Below, piece by piece: positions 47,419 to 56,489 of a stretch of 64,000 nucleotides of DNA. The stretch's first letter is position 1, and each line of letters starts with the position of its first letter. Under the pieces are notes generated by a model. That model was not told where the DNA came from, made no database searches, and was given only the letters and a program-made list of their open reading frames with translations. Made by a program: the position numbers and the translations under genes. The stretch comes from a virus. The stretch is from the IMG/VR virus record IMGVR_UViG_3300046504_000032, positions 3,120-67,119 of that record; one strand, 5' to 3'.

Positions 47419-48180
47419 ATGAATGAACTTGTATTAAACAACCCGGAAGGGAAAAGAGTGACTACCTCTCTGATAATAGCAGAGAAATTTCACAAATCAC
47501 ATGGTAAAGTATTGCGTGATATTGATAAGTTATCATGTAGTCAAGAGTTTAGACGAGCCAATTTTGGCTTGTCCTCCTATCTTAATGCTCAAAATAAAGA
47601 GCAGCCGATGTACTATATTACCAAAGATGGCTTTATGATGTTGGTATTTGGGTTTAATGGCAGGGATGCCGGTAAACTCAAGGAATTATTCATAACTGCC
47701 TTTAATGAAGGACAGGAAGCATTAGCTGTTCTTGATAATGATGATGCTGTTTTAGCAAGGGCATTTAATATTCTGGCAAACAAACAGAAAGCTCTTGAAA
47801 TGCAACTTGAACAAAAAACAGAACAGTTGGCTATTTCTGAGAAAGCGATCAAAGAAGCAGCTCCAAAAGTTCAATACCATGATGAAGTGCTACAATCCAA
47901 AACCGGGCATCCAATTACTGTCATAGCTGCTGACTTGGGAATTACGGCAAATAAACTGAATCGTATCCTTTGTAAAATGGGAGTGCAAAGAAGGGTAGGC
48001 GGAACTTATGTACTTTGTGAAAAACACCTTAACAAGGGATATGCTTCTTCTTATACCCATAAATACATAGATACTCTTGGGATAGAACAAACAAAGAGGT
48101 TAATGACATGGACTGAGGTAGGGAGGAAATGGCTTATTGAAGAATATAAAAAATATATAGCATCTCCTAATCTATTCTGA
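47419..48180 (+). CDS. rha: Rha family protein with KilAC antirepressor domain
   Basis: TTSL.IAE.F.K.H..VLRDI, Y.ITKDGF..LV.GF.G, APKV.Y.D, WTE.GR. Confidence 0.9.
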   Translation: MNELVLNNPEGKRVTTSLIIAEKFHKSHGKVLRDIDKLSCSQEFRRANFGLSSYLNAQNKEQPMYYITKDGFMMLVFGFNGRDAGKLKELFITAFNEGQEALAVLDNDDAVLARAFNILANKQKALEMQLEQKTEQLAISEKAIKEAAPKVQYHDEVLQSKTGHPITVIAADLGITANKLNRILCKMGVQRRVGGTYVLCEKHLNKGYASSYTHKYIDTLGIEQTKRLMTWTEVGRKWLIEEYKKYIASPNLF

Positions 48181-48181
48181 T

Positions 48182-49021
48182 ATGCAAAAAACGAAAATTG
48201 AATGGACCGATGCAACTTGGAACCCCATCATCGGTTGTCATAAGATCAGCCCGGGGTGCGATCATTGCTACGCTGAGCGCATGGCAAACAGAATATCCCA
48301 CATGAACACCTGGATCGGGGAACAATACCGGGAGGTTATTGGTCCTGATGGCAAATGGAATTGGAAAACTCACCTTGCGGATTCGCACATGGACTTTCCC
48401 CGGACCCTCAAGAAGCCCCGGAAGATCTTCGTTGGCTCCATGACTGATATCTTCCTTCACTCACAGTCAACAGACGGGAGACAAGATATTGTAAGGTTAT
48501 TCAACACATTCAGGCATAATCCTCAGCATACCTTCCAGATTCTCACCAAGAGGCCACATGAAGCTAAGTTATTCTCTGACTATATGCTGAAATATGGTCC
48601 GTTGGTAGGTATTCCTTGGTCTCTCCCTAATGTCTGGCTCGGGGTGACGGTCTGCAATCAGGAGGAGGCGAATGTCAAGATTCCTATTCTTCTTGATACT
48701 CCGGCAGCTGTCAGATTCATTTCAGTAGAACCGATGCTCGGAAAGATTGATCTCGAATACATGCCTACAGATAGAGGCATCTACAATGCATTAACTGGAG
48801 TTATAACTAATCCTGATATCGACTTTAAAAGAGATCATCTCGACTGGATCATTGTTGGGGGAGAGACAGGCCCGGGAGCCAGGCTGCTTAAATGGGAATG
48901 GGTGTATAATCTACTCGGGCAGGCACAGTCAGCCAATATCCCATTCTTCTTTAAGTCTTGGGGTAAACTCAAGATAGAACCAAATCAAATCGACACCTTT
49001 AAACAGTTTCCCAATGGATAA
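48182..49021 (+). CDS. Phage Gp37/Gp68 (DUF5131) protein
   Basis: TKIEWTDATWNPIIGC.KISPGCDHCYA, FQILTKR, FISVEP, WIIVGGETG. Confidence 0.92.
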   Translation: MQKTKIEWTDATWNPIIGCHKISPGCDHCYAERMANRISHMNTWIGEQYREVIGPDGKWNWKTHLADSHMDFPRTLKKPRKIFVGSMTDIFLHSQSTDGRQDIVRLFNTFRHNPQHTFQILTKRPHEAKLFSDYMLKYGPLVGIPWSLPNVWLGVTVCNQEEANVKIPILLDTPAAVRFISVEPMLGKIDLEYMPTDRGIYNALTGVITNPDIDFKRDHLDWIIVGGETGPGARLLKWEWVYNLLGQAQSANIPFFFKSWGKLKIEPNQIDTFKQFPNG

Positions 49022-49484
49022 CCCGAATGAATTAGAACGTCTGAGGAACTATAAGCCCTCCCTGGATGATCTCAAGATGAGATCGCCTAAGTTCGCATGG
49101 GCCCAGGAACAACCACGAACTCCTATTATTGTTATAACAGCATGGGAGGAAGTAGCAAGGGTTGGCGCAAAGATCTCTTTAAACAGTTTTAGTAGGATTT
49201 TGATATTCCTCCGGTTAAGGAAGAAACCTGTTAAAACTTACTGGATAGGAGCCAATATTGAGATAAAGGAACCACATCATCTATTGCCAAATGATTCTAT
49301 TATCTTCTATAACAGGCATGAATGCGTCTGGTATTATCTCGGCATTGTGAACGGCAAGCATAGAATTACCAGTAGTATTGATTTAGCAGATATACAGCCC
49401 TACACAGGCCCGGCCGTTATTATTGGAAATTCCTGGTCCGAGTTCACAAAAAATCCATACACACCAAAGGAGGCTTTTAAATGA
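49014..49484 (+). CDS. Hypothetical protein
   Basis: Operon packing. Confidence 0.65.
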   Translation: MDNPNELERLRNYKPSLDDLKMRSPKFAWAQEQPRTPIIVITAWEEVARVGAKISLNSFSRILIFLRLRKKPVKTYWIGANIEIKEPHHLLPNDSIIFYNRHECVWYYLGIVNGKHRITSSIDLADIQPYTGPAVIIGNSWSEFTKNPYTPKEAFK

Positions 49485-50122
49485 AAGGAATTTGCTTCAA
49501 GGAACCCCTGTTCCTCAAGGTAGTTGCAGGGCTAAAGACACAGACAAGAAGGATAATGAAGATGAGATTCAGGACATCAGATAACCTATCGCCTCTTAAA
49601 ATTGATCCCGATAATATCATATCGGGGCCCGATTATAATACAGATAGTCGTGGATTCCATGCTGATTTCCGTATTGGTCCAGGGATATATTGCGAAAGAC
49701 CAAGATATAAACCCGGAGAGATTGTTTACCTCAAAGAACCTTACTTTATATGGGAGCCGGAGCATTGCAATAGTATGTCAGAGCGATTCGCATACAAGTA
49801 TTGGGATAAGTCTTATAAGATGAAGGCCGATATTCAAGAGGCGATCCGAAAGGAAGAATTTGAACTTGGCTACGATACCTACTACTGGCACAATAAGCTA
49901 TTTATGAAGGCTGACTATGCCCGGTACTTCATTAAGATCACCGATGTAAGAGCAGAAAGACTGATCGACATATCAAAGGCTGATGCGATAGCAGAAGGAA
50001 TGGATCCTGACATCGCATTTTCGCAATTCGCGAATACATGGAAGTCGATACATGGCATAGATTCATGGGCCGACAATCCCTGGGTATTTGCCTATACATT
50101 TAAATTAACCAATAAACCATAA
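49481..50122 (+). CDS. ASCH/PUA-like protein
   Basis: G.KTQTRR, ITDVRAERL.DIS..DAIAEG, NPWV. Confidence 0.85.
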   Translation: MKGICFKEPLFLKVVAGLKTQTRRIMKMRFRTSDNLSPLKIDPDNIISGPDYNTDSRGFHADFRIGPGIYCERPRYKPGEIVYLKEPYFIWEPEHCNSMSERFAYKYWDKSYKMKADIQEAIRKEEFELGYDTYYWHNKLFMKADYARYFIKITDVRAERLIDISKADAIAEGMDPDIAFSQFANTWKSIHGIDSWADNPWVFAYTFKLTNKP

Positions 50123-50125
50123 ATT

Positions 50126-50590
50126 ATGCACGAAGACATTTTTAGATTCAGAAAACTGGTCAAGATCTTGACCGAACAAAAGAGGTGGACTGTAAAGAAG
50201 GTCTGCATGGAGGTAGATATCTCTACCGCAACCTTGAAAAAGCTACTTGGTTTCCCTCCGGATGAACTTAAACCCCAGGCATCAGTCCTTGGCAAGGTAC
50301 AGAACTTCATTAAGAAGCATATCATTGACCTTGATTACCCTGATCTTGCTTTAGATGCAGGTGGTTCTATAACTCATACAGAACAAATAAGACTCAGGGT
50401 CAAACCGGGAGTTATGGAGAGGAGACAGAGAGAACTTCAAGAGAGAGGGGAACTTATAGGAGAACTACCTCCGGTAAAAGGGTTAGATCCTCCCGAGAAG
50501 GTCCTTGATTTTTGGGGATACCTTAACGCAGCCCTACAGACTGCACCAGAACACGTATCCATTACAGTTCAAATACATAGCCGGATATGA
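50126..50590 (+). CDS. HTH domain protein
   Basis: WTVKKVCMEVDISTATLKKLL. Confidence 0.6.
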   Translation: MHEDIFRFRKLVKILTEQKRWTVKKVCMEVDISTATLKKLLGFPPDELKPQASVLGKVQNFIKKHIIDLDYPDLALDAGGSITHTEQIRLRVKPGVMERRQRELQERGELIGELPPVKGLDPPEKVLDFWGYLNAALQTAPEHVSITVQIHSRI

Positions 50591-51105
50591 ACCAAGATCA
50601 AAGAAAATTCCTGCTCGCCAGAGTTGAAAAGACTCACAAGGAGGAACTAAGGAAGCTCTCTGAGGAGAAACCATCAGAACCCTCCCTGAATAACTACCTT
50701 ATCGCAGCCATACTTGATAACAGCATTGAACTGAAAAGTTTGGATGATATAAAGAGTTCGATTCGCAAGAAAGTACTTGCACTTGGACCGCAAGAAACAC
50801 TTACCTCATCGCCTCATTCGTGGAGGGATAACCATGCGAGTTCGCATGAGATAACCCTAACTGCCGGAGTTATATTCGTTTATCCAAAGGCTTACCTTGA
50901 TGCTTATGCTGAATGGGAGGCTAAGGTAAAAGAGGTCGATCAGCGTATTGTAAAGCTGAATGCTACTACCGAGACCCTGCTCCTGAAAATTCAGATCGGG
51001 AGCAATACAAGTCTTGACCGGCTTGTAGATAGTGTGGATAATATGATTGATCTGACCCTGATGAATAATAAACTTATGCTTACTGACGGAAAGGAGGAGA
51101 AATGA
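50587..51105 (+). CDS. Hypothetical helical protein
   Basis: ATGA overlaps. Confidence 0.75.
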   Translation: MNQDQRKFLLARVEKTHKEELRKLSEEKPSEPSLNNYLIAAILDNSIELKSLDDIKSSIRKKVLALGPQETLTSSPHSWRDNHASSHEITLTAGVIFVYPKAYLDAYAEWEAKVKEVDQRIVKLNATTETLLLKIQIGSNTSLDRLVDSVDNMIDLTLMNNKLMLTDGKEEK

Positions 51106-51419
51106 TAAAAAAATGGATTGACAAACTAATGTTCAAGCTCGGGTATTTCCCGAGACGAAGGATAGAGGGTAAGATGCTTATAGTGAATGAGGAGAAATAC
51201 GAACTTGTGATCGTACATGACAATAAGGTAATTTCTCAAAGAGACATTATGGCTTCCTCTATCCCCTGGGAAATACATCGACAGAATATGGAATCCGAAA
51301 TGATAAAAGAAATTGGAACGCATATATGGAACATGGGAGAATTGGAATATGAAGCACCCAATAAGGACTTCTTTCATAGACTAAACTTCCGTATTTGTAT
51401 TGCAATTCGCAAAAAATGA
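51102..51419 (+). CDS. Hypothetical protein
   Basis: ATGA overlap. Confidence 0.7.
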   Translation: MIKKWIDKLMFKLGYFPRRRIEGKMLIVNEEKYELVIVHDNKVISQRDIMASSIPWEIHRQNMESEMIKEIGTHIWNMGELEYEAPNKDFFHRLNFRICIAIRKK

Positions 51420-51447
51420 GTATCTTGCACCGTAACCAATACAGTAA

Positions 51448-51861
51448 ATGATGAAAATTATCTTTATCCTTTTACTTCTACTGGTATCTTACAGGGCCTT
51501 TGCGCCTATTTCCCCTTGTATAACCATCGTCAAGCCGGAGGTCATCGACCCCTACAAGCAGCTCATCTATGCTATTGGCATGGTGGAAGGGAAATTAGAT
51601 ACCCTTGCGATTAATCCCGTTGAACAGGCCTACGGATACTTTCAAGTACGGGCCATTCGACTGGAGGATTATAACGCAAGAACTGGTAGTAATTATTCCT
51701 TACAAGACATGCTCGTTTACGAGAAAGCCGAGAGAGTATTCAGGTATTATGCCTCTCAGATCGGATTCAAGGACCCGGGCAGAATTGCAAGGAGTTGGAA
51801 TGGTAGTGGTCCTAAAACTTGGGATTATTGGAAGAAAGTGAGAAATTATTTAATTATCTAA
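51448..51861 (+). CDS. Secreted lysozyme-fold protein (lytic transglycosylase-like)
   Basis: Signal peptide, AIGMVEG catalytic Glu, AYGYFQV, IARSWNG. Confidence 0.75.
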   Translation: MMKIIFILLLLLVSYRAFAPISPCITIVKPEVIDPYKQLIYAIGMVEGKLDTLAINPVEQAYGYFQVRAIRLEDYNARTGSNYSLQDMLVYEKAERVFRYYASQIGFKDPGRIARSWNGSGPKTWDYWKKVRNYLII

Positions 51862-51871
51862 TAATTATTTC

Positions 51872-51879
51872 TACCTTTG
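51872..51879 (+). promoter_or_regulatory. -7 promoter box (TACCTTTG) for the small RNA
   Basis: TAnnTTTG with no ORF before the terminator. Confidence 0.7.
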
Positions 51880-51882
51880 TAC

Positions 51883-51960
51883 TTCATTACTGACTTTACG
51901 AAGTCAAACATTGTCAGATGTTGTAGTGAAAGAAAACCGGGTCCCAAAGCCCGGTTTTCT
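51883..51960 (+). ncRNA. Structured antisense small RNA
   Basis: Closing stem TTCATTAC/GTAGTGAA, hairpins TGACTT-TACG-AAGTCA and AACAT-TGTCAG-ATGTT; complementary to five early-gene start regions. Confidence 0.7.
51931..51960. terminator. Bidirectional terminator between the convergent arms
   Basis: Perfect 11-bp stem AGAAAACCGGG/CCCGGTTTTCT. Confidence 0.8.
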
Positions 51961-51996
51961 GCATTATTACCATGAGTGGGGATATCTCCCCTAAGA

Positions 51997-52848
51997 TTAA
52001 GGATCGGTAGCAGTTTCTGTATCTGAGTCGTCATTAAAGAACGGAGTGGCCCGGTACGACTTCATGCTCTGAAAATAACTCATCCTGAGATCTGAGATAG
52101 CATCTTTCAGTAATGCATCCTCTACTTTATAATCTTCCATGAACCGGTTGATCAAGTACCAATCCCGGAGAACGGTACCGATGAAACACTTCTCAAATAG
52201 AGCGTCAATGCCGAGTAATACATTGGTATCAAACTTACTCACGTCCAAAGCAGAATAGATCAGGATATAATTCTCTGTCTGAGCTGATACTGCATACTCC
52301 AAGCCGGTTATGTCACCACTAAAGGCAGCATCAATGACAAATTCAGTTCCGGTATTTGAAACTATCGTTGCTTCTTCGTTTTCCAACAGACCAGGTGAAG
52401 TAATAACCAGTTTCATCCCTGCATACTGGTTTGTTGTCATTGCCAATGAACTATCTGTAACAGTAAGCCCATCTACACTCACAGATTCTACAGCGCTTGC
52501 AAACTCCGGATCCCCGAATGGCACATTAAACCTGAATGCACTATTGATAGATTTGGAGAACCCTGATATCTCTTTGAATATCTTTGCAGATCCGGACTGT
52601 AGGAAGTCGAGAAACTCTACTCGTTCATCTTCCGTTATCTGGAATGCCTCAAGTTGAGAATTCCCCTGTTGGTCTTTCGCTAACTTGCCACGTAGCGCAC
52701 TACGCCTCTTTATTTTCTCAAACAATGCTTCCACCGGGAAAGCAAATAACAACAGGTAGGTATCGCCTACATTCCCGGCTCCCACGTCTGCAAGAAAATC
52801 CTCCAGGTTATAATAGAGTAAAGAATCGGCATTTAAAATATAGGTCAT
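51997..52848 (-). CDS. Probable structural protein (head-tail adaptor-like with beta insertion)
   Basis: Acidic helical protein with a central beta-rich module (NQYAGMKLVITS...IVSNTGT). Confidence 0.5.
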   Translation of the reverse strand: MTYILNADSLLYYNLEDFLADVGAGNVGDTYLLLFAFPVEALFEKIKRRSALRGKLAKDQQGNSQLEAFQITEDERVEFLDFLQSGSAKIFKEISGFSKSINSAFRFNVPFGDPEFASAVESVSVDGLTVTDSSLAMTTNQYAGMKLVITSPGLLENEEATIVSNTGTEFVIDAAFSGDITGLEYAVSAQTENYILIYSALDVSKFDTNVLLGIDALFEKCFIGTVLRDWYLINRFMEDYKVEDALLKDAISDLRMSYFQSMKSYRATPFFNDDSDTETATDP

Positions 52849-53384
52849 GGTTTAAAGAATTTATAGATTTTGTAACCCAGGAAAAGGAACGCTAAGGTAA
52901 AAATCAGTATGCAGATATTCCTGCAGGCCTTATAGAACGGAGGAATATACTTGACCGGAGGAAGTGTTATCGTCTGTTTAGAACTCTGGTATAAAGATTC
53001 CCAATGCTTACTTACTTTATCCGCGCTATCAAGTTTAAATGTGATTACCTGGTCTTTCTGTTCAAGTTGCATTTTAAGTTTTGAGTTCTCTATCCATGCC
53101 TGAGCTCTGGCATAAGTATTTTCAAGGACCATTGGGGGGACATTGATTTTTTCCGGAATCCCTGGTATTGGTTTCTCCTTCCAGATCGTATCTCCGGGGA
53201 TTTTGTAAGGGACCAACCTGTCTCTATAGATAATTGAATCCTTTATGACCAGGCTGTCATGATTGATCGTTACAGTCTGCGGAGGGAACTTCGCATTACA
53301 TTTCCTTTGGGTGACACAACTAATGGGTAATACCAAGAGGTAAAGAATGGGAATCATAAATGCCATTAAAAGTCTGCTTTTCAT
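52845..53384 (-). CDS. Lipoprotein with C-terminal TM, candidate unimolecular spanin
   Basis: Signal ending PISC, beta-rich middle and C-terminal TM; follows the endolysin. Confidence 0.6.
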   Translation of the reverse strand: MKSRLLMAFMIPILYLLVLPISCVTQRKCNAKFPPQTVTINHDSLVIKDSIIYRDRLVPYKIPGDTIWKEKPIPGIPEKINVPPMVLENTYARAQAWIENSKLKMQLEQKDQVITFKLDSADKVSKHWESLYQSSKQTITLPPVKYIPPFYKACRNICILIFTLAFLFLGYKIYKFFKP

Positions 53385-53395
53385 TTAAGTTGTCT

Positions 53396-53992
53396 TTATG
53401 GTTTATAACAAAACTCAGATCTCCCGATCTTCTTTAAATATTCTGGAATATCGAAGTTAGGACAATTCTTTTGATTATTCAACTGATAGTGTCCTGCTAC
53501 TTTGATTTGCTTATGATAACCTGTCTCTGTCAGAACATAGTTAAGGAGCGCCTCAATCTGTGCCTCTGTGTATAAAATCACCTCCGATCCCTTCATCGGG
53601 GGTTGTGTCAATGGTTTATTTACCCTCCCTCCTTCCAGGCATACATGGACGCCATTATAATTGTACCCCGGTTGGCCCCAGGTTTTCTCTGAGGAGGTAA
53701 TCTCATCATCGTCAACGAATGGAGTAATATTCTCTACCGAACCATCACGATAGATTAGATCTCTGTAGCCGAAACGGTCCCATCCTCTGCCCTGGAGTTG
53801 ACTTATCTCTTTCCCATTGATAATGTCATGAGGCAGCGCAAGCCGGTTATGGTATATCTTCCCGAGATAAGTTACTGTCCCGTCCGGATTATTGCATGGG
53901 CCCATGTGCCACTCCTTGAGAATTTCTTTCGAGAGAGGAAATGAAGGGTACGTATCGCTACAATGTATGACCAGGAATTGATACTTTGCCAT
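53396..53992 (-). CDS. N-acetylmuramoyl-L-alanine amidase endolysin
   Basis: VIHCS, GW...GY, VCLEGG, GHYQ...KNCP (T7 lysozyme-type Zn ligands). Confidence 0.9.
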   Translation of the reverse strand: MAKYQFLVIHCSDTYPSFPLSKEILKEWHMGPCNNPDGTVTYLGKIYHNRLALPHDIINGKEISQLQGRGWDRFGYRDLIYRDGSVENITPFVDDDEITSSEKTWGQPGYNYNGVHVCLEGGRVNKPLTQPPMKGSEVILYTEAQIEALLNYVLTETGYHKQIKVAGHYQLNNQKNCPNFDIPEYLKKIGRSEFCYKP

Positions 53993-54158
53993 TTCTTTGA
54001 GTATTGTTTTTAAGTCCGAAATTCAATAATGTAAGTCCCCATCGTTTTTTCTCTTTGTCAAGATAAAGATCGAACAATGTTATCTTCCCAATCCTGATCT
54101 TAATGTTGGCTTTCCCCCATTGTTTGGCTGTCGACTTCCAACTATTGATTATTTCCAT
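53958..54158 (-). CDS. Small hypothetical protein
   Basis: ATG 54158 (MEIINSW) overlaps the upstream stop region. Confidence 0.6.
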   Translation of the reverse strand: MEIINSWKSTAKQWGKANIKIRIGKITLFDLYLDKEKKRWGLTLLNFGLKNNTQRNGKVSIPGHTL

Positions 54159-54387
54159 TTGCTTTCTTTTCAAGCATTTCAGATTTATCGGCACTTCCTT
54201 TTGAAGAACCATAGAAGTATCCGACAACATCAGCAAACTTTGCACCGAGAACACCCAAAAGGATGAGAAGCACATCTTTATTATCCAATGGAGCAGGTTT
54301 GGTTATCAGGTAGGCAAGTATCCCAAAGAATCCCAGAACTATTAAAGCACCGAGAATATACATGTAGATGTCTTTTGCTGTTTTCAT
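54142..54387 (-). CDS. Two-TM holin-like protein
   Basis: Two TMs and VVGYFYGSSKGS..K. Confidence 0.75.
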   Translation of the reverse strand: MKTAKDIYMYILGALIVLGFFGILAYLITKPAPLDNKDVLLILLGVLGAKFADVVGYFYGSSKGSADKSEMLEKKANGNNQ

Positions 54388-54572
54388 AAGTTTTGAGTTT
54401 TAACGAAATGAGTATAAGCATACCAGATGAAGGACATAAATATTGCACCAGCAATAAAGTCAAGATAATGTTTGTCCAAACCAAAATACCAGATAGCAAA
54501 AAACAGAACCGGAAGTAACCATCTCCAGTTCTTTAGTAACCACAACAAAAATCTCTTTAAAAGTGCTTTCAT
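54384..54572 (-). CDS. Two-TM membrane protein
   Basis: Hydrophobic segments; ATGA overlap. Confidence 0.65.
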   Translation of the reverse strand: MKALLKRFLLWLLKNWRWLLPVLFFAIWYFGLDKHYLDFIAGAIFMSFIWYAYTHFVKTQNL

Positions 54573-54674
54573 AATTATAAATATTAATATAACTGATTCA
54601 GATTCACGAATTTTGCCTTATTTCTTCTCTATCTTGTGCGTCCATCATTTAAGATTTAAATTGGACCTGAAAAA

Positions 54675-56489
54675 TTAGTTTCTTTTTGAAAACCCATTTC
54701 CTATCTTCCCAAAACCACCATTCTTACTTTTGAGAAAATGCGTCCCTGTTGCCACTACCTGGTTGCTTATAGTTATCACCTGGTCATCATACACGCCTGA
54801 TCCGTCCTGTGCCGTTGCCCTCACTGTTACCGTTCCGTCTGTTAATGCTGTAAGAAGTCCACCTGAGCTTATCGAAGCTGTACCACTTCCATTAACTCTG
54901 CTCCATGTTACTGTCTGTATATCCGCATCAATTGGTAATATTGAGGCAAGCATCTGAAGTGTACCGTTGTCAACAGATATTGTAGTTGCACCTCCTGTAC
55001 CTGAGACTGTAATACTTGTAACTAATATCTCATCGCCTGCTGAATATTCAAAAGCCCCAAGATCAGGAGCAGAACCAGAATAACCTGTTAATACATTATC
55101 AACATAAATGGTAGCCGTCCCCGCATCTATTAAATCTGAATTTGCATTAAGATGACCAAAAGTAATGTCCGGCAATGATCCATCTGCCTTTCTCGGCCAT
55201 CTTAACTGAGCTGTATCCAGACTAACAAAATCAGCATCTGTTACAGTATAAGCAGGATTAGGGTCAGTATACCAATAATTACCAAGTCCTCTTTGTACCC
55301 ATGTATTATGATCCTGTAGTACATAAGTAGGATAATCAAAATTACATGACTTAAATACTGCCTGGTAGGTATCCCTTTGAGCGTATACTACATTGTTGCG
55401 AACAATATAAAGTGCCGGATCAATCCCACATCGATAATCTCCTCCGACATCTAATAAACCATTCCAGTCCTTATATGAAAAACAGTTATAAACTTCGTCA
55501 TATATACCATAACCAAAATCGTAAAGATTGGCGTGTTGAGGACCTGTACCAGTGCCCAGTCCGTATATGCCTCCGTATGCAGAAACAATATTGTGAATTT
55601 TTCTTTTACTGACAGAATATAAATGACTCTGTTCAAGTTTTAAAGCATTCCCGTCACCTTCAATCCTACCATTTGCCCACATCCAGCAGTCGTGCATATC
55701 TATTTGTTTTGTACTTCCGAAATCAATGGCATCGTCTGAGTTAAACCATGATCGACATCCTGAGATATAAGCTATCTTAAATGTATCGGCAACACTTCCC
55801 CCGCTTGTTATATTATATCCATCAGCCCTTCCGCCAACATGCCCCCCCGGAACTCCTATTCCCCAGTCATCTATGTTATTATAACTATCACAATTCACAA
55901 GATGAAGAGTATCATATGCTGAAATCCAAAAACCATTGCCTCCATTACCGGTCGAAGTCATGTTCTCAAGAGATACAACACCCCACGGGCCAATAGCTGG
56001 CCAGACGACACTAAATCCAGCAATCCATTGACCCTCTGTCGTCTGTTTGCAATTCCTTTGTGTTAATCCCTTAAATTTTAAATGTGTAGATTTATAAACA
56101 TCCACAGCCGATGTACTTGAACTGCTCGCAGGAAAGTTAATAGCATCTATAATTGGATAATTGCCACTGGCATAATCAGGAGGATAAGCAAAGAAACAAA
56201 TTGGATGACTAAAAGTTCCATCATGTCCATAAGTCCCGGCTAAATGATGAGCGGGAACTGTAATGTACCAAACTCCACCCCTGAAATATACTGTATCTCC
56301 AGCATCGGCTGTGTTAAATGCTTTCTGCCATGTAGCCCACGGCAAAGTAATTGAAGTTCCTGCGTTTGCATCTGATGCAGTAGAACCATACGTCGCATTA
56401 TAAGCAGGGTCTTGACAATAATAAACATGGTATTGTGCATTGACAGTAATACCAATAAACAGAAATAATATTAACAGTAACTTCCTCAT
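54675..56489 (-). CDS. Signal-peptide-bearing beta-helix polysaccharide lyase-like protein with Ig (Big_2) domain
   Basis: MRKLLLILFLFIGITVNAQ, AGDTVYFRGG, ADG/NSDDA/GDGNALKL PL9-like motifs, IDAG...APDLGAFE, C-terminal Ig domain. Confidence 0.8.
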   Translation of the reverse strand: MRKLLLILFLFIGITVNAQYHVYYCQDPAYNATYGSTASDANAGTSITLPWATWQKAFNTADAGDTVYFRGGVWYITVPAHHLAGTYGHDGTFSHPICFFAYPPDYASGNYPIIDAINFPASSSSTSAVDVYKSTHLKFKGLTQRNCKQTTEGQWIAGFSVVWPAIGPWGVVSLENMTSTGNGGNGFWISAYDTLHLVNCDSYNNIDDWGIGVPGGHVGGRADGYNITSGGSVADTFKIAYISGCRSWFNSDDAIDFGSTKQIDMHDCWMWANGRIEGDGNALKLEQSHLYSVSKRKIHNIVSAYGGIYGLGTGTGPQHANLYDFGYGIYDEVYNCFSYKDWNGLLDVGGDYRCGIDPALYIVRNNVVYAQRDTYQAVFKSCNFDYPTYVLQDHNTWVQRGLGNYWYTDPNPAYTVTDADFVSLDTAQLRWPRKADGSLPDITFGHLNANSDLIDAGTATIYVDNVLTGYSGSAPDLGAFEYSAGDEILVTSITVSGTGGATTISVDNGTLQMLASILPIDADIQTVTWSRVNGSGTASISSGGLLTALTDGTVTVRATAQDGSGVYDDQVITISNQVVATGTHFLKSKNGGFGKIGNGFSKRN

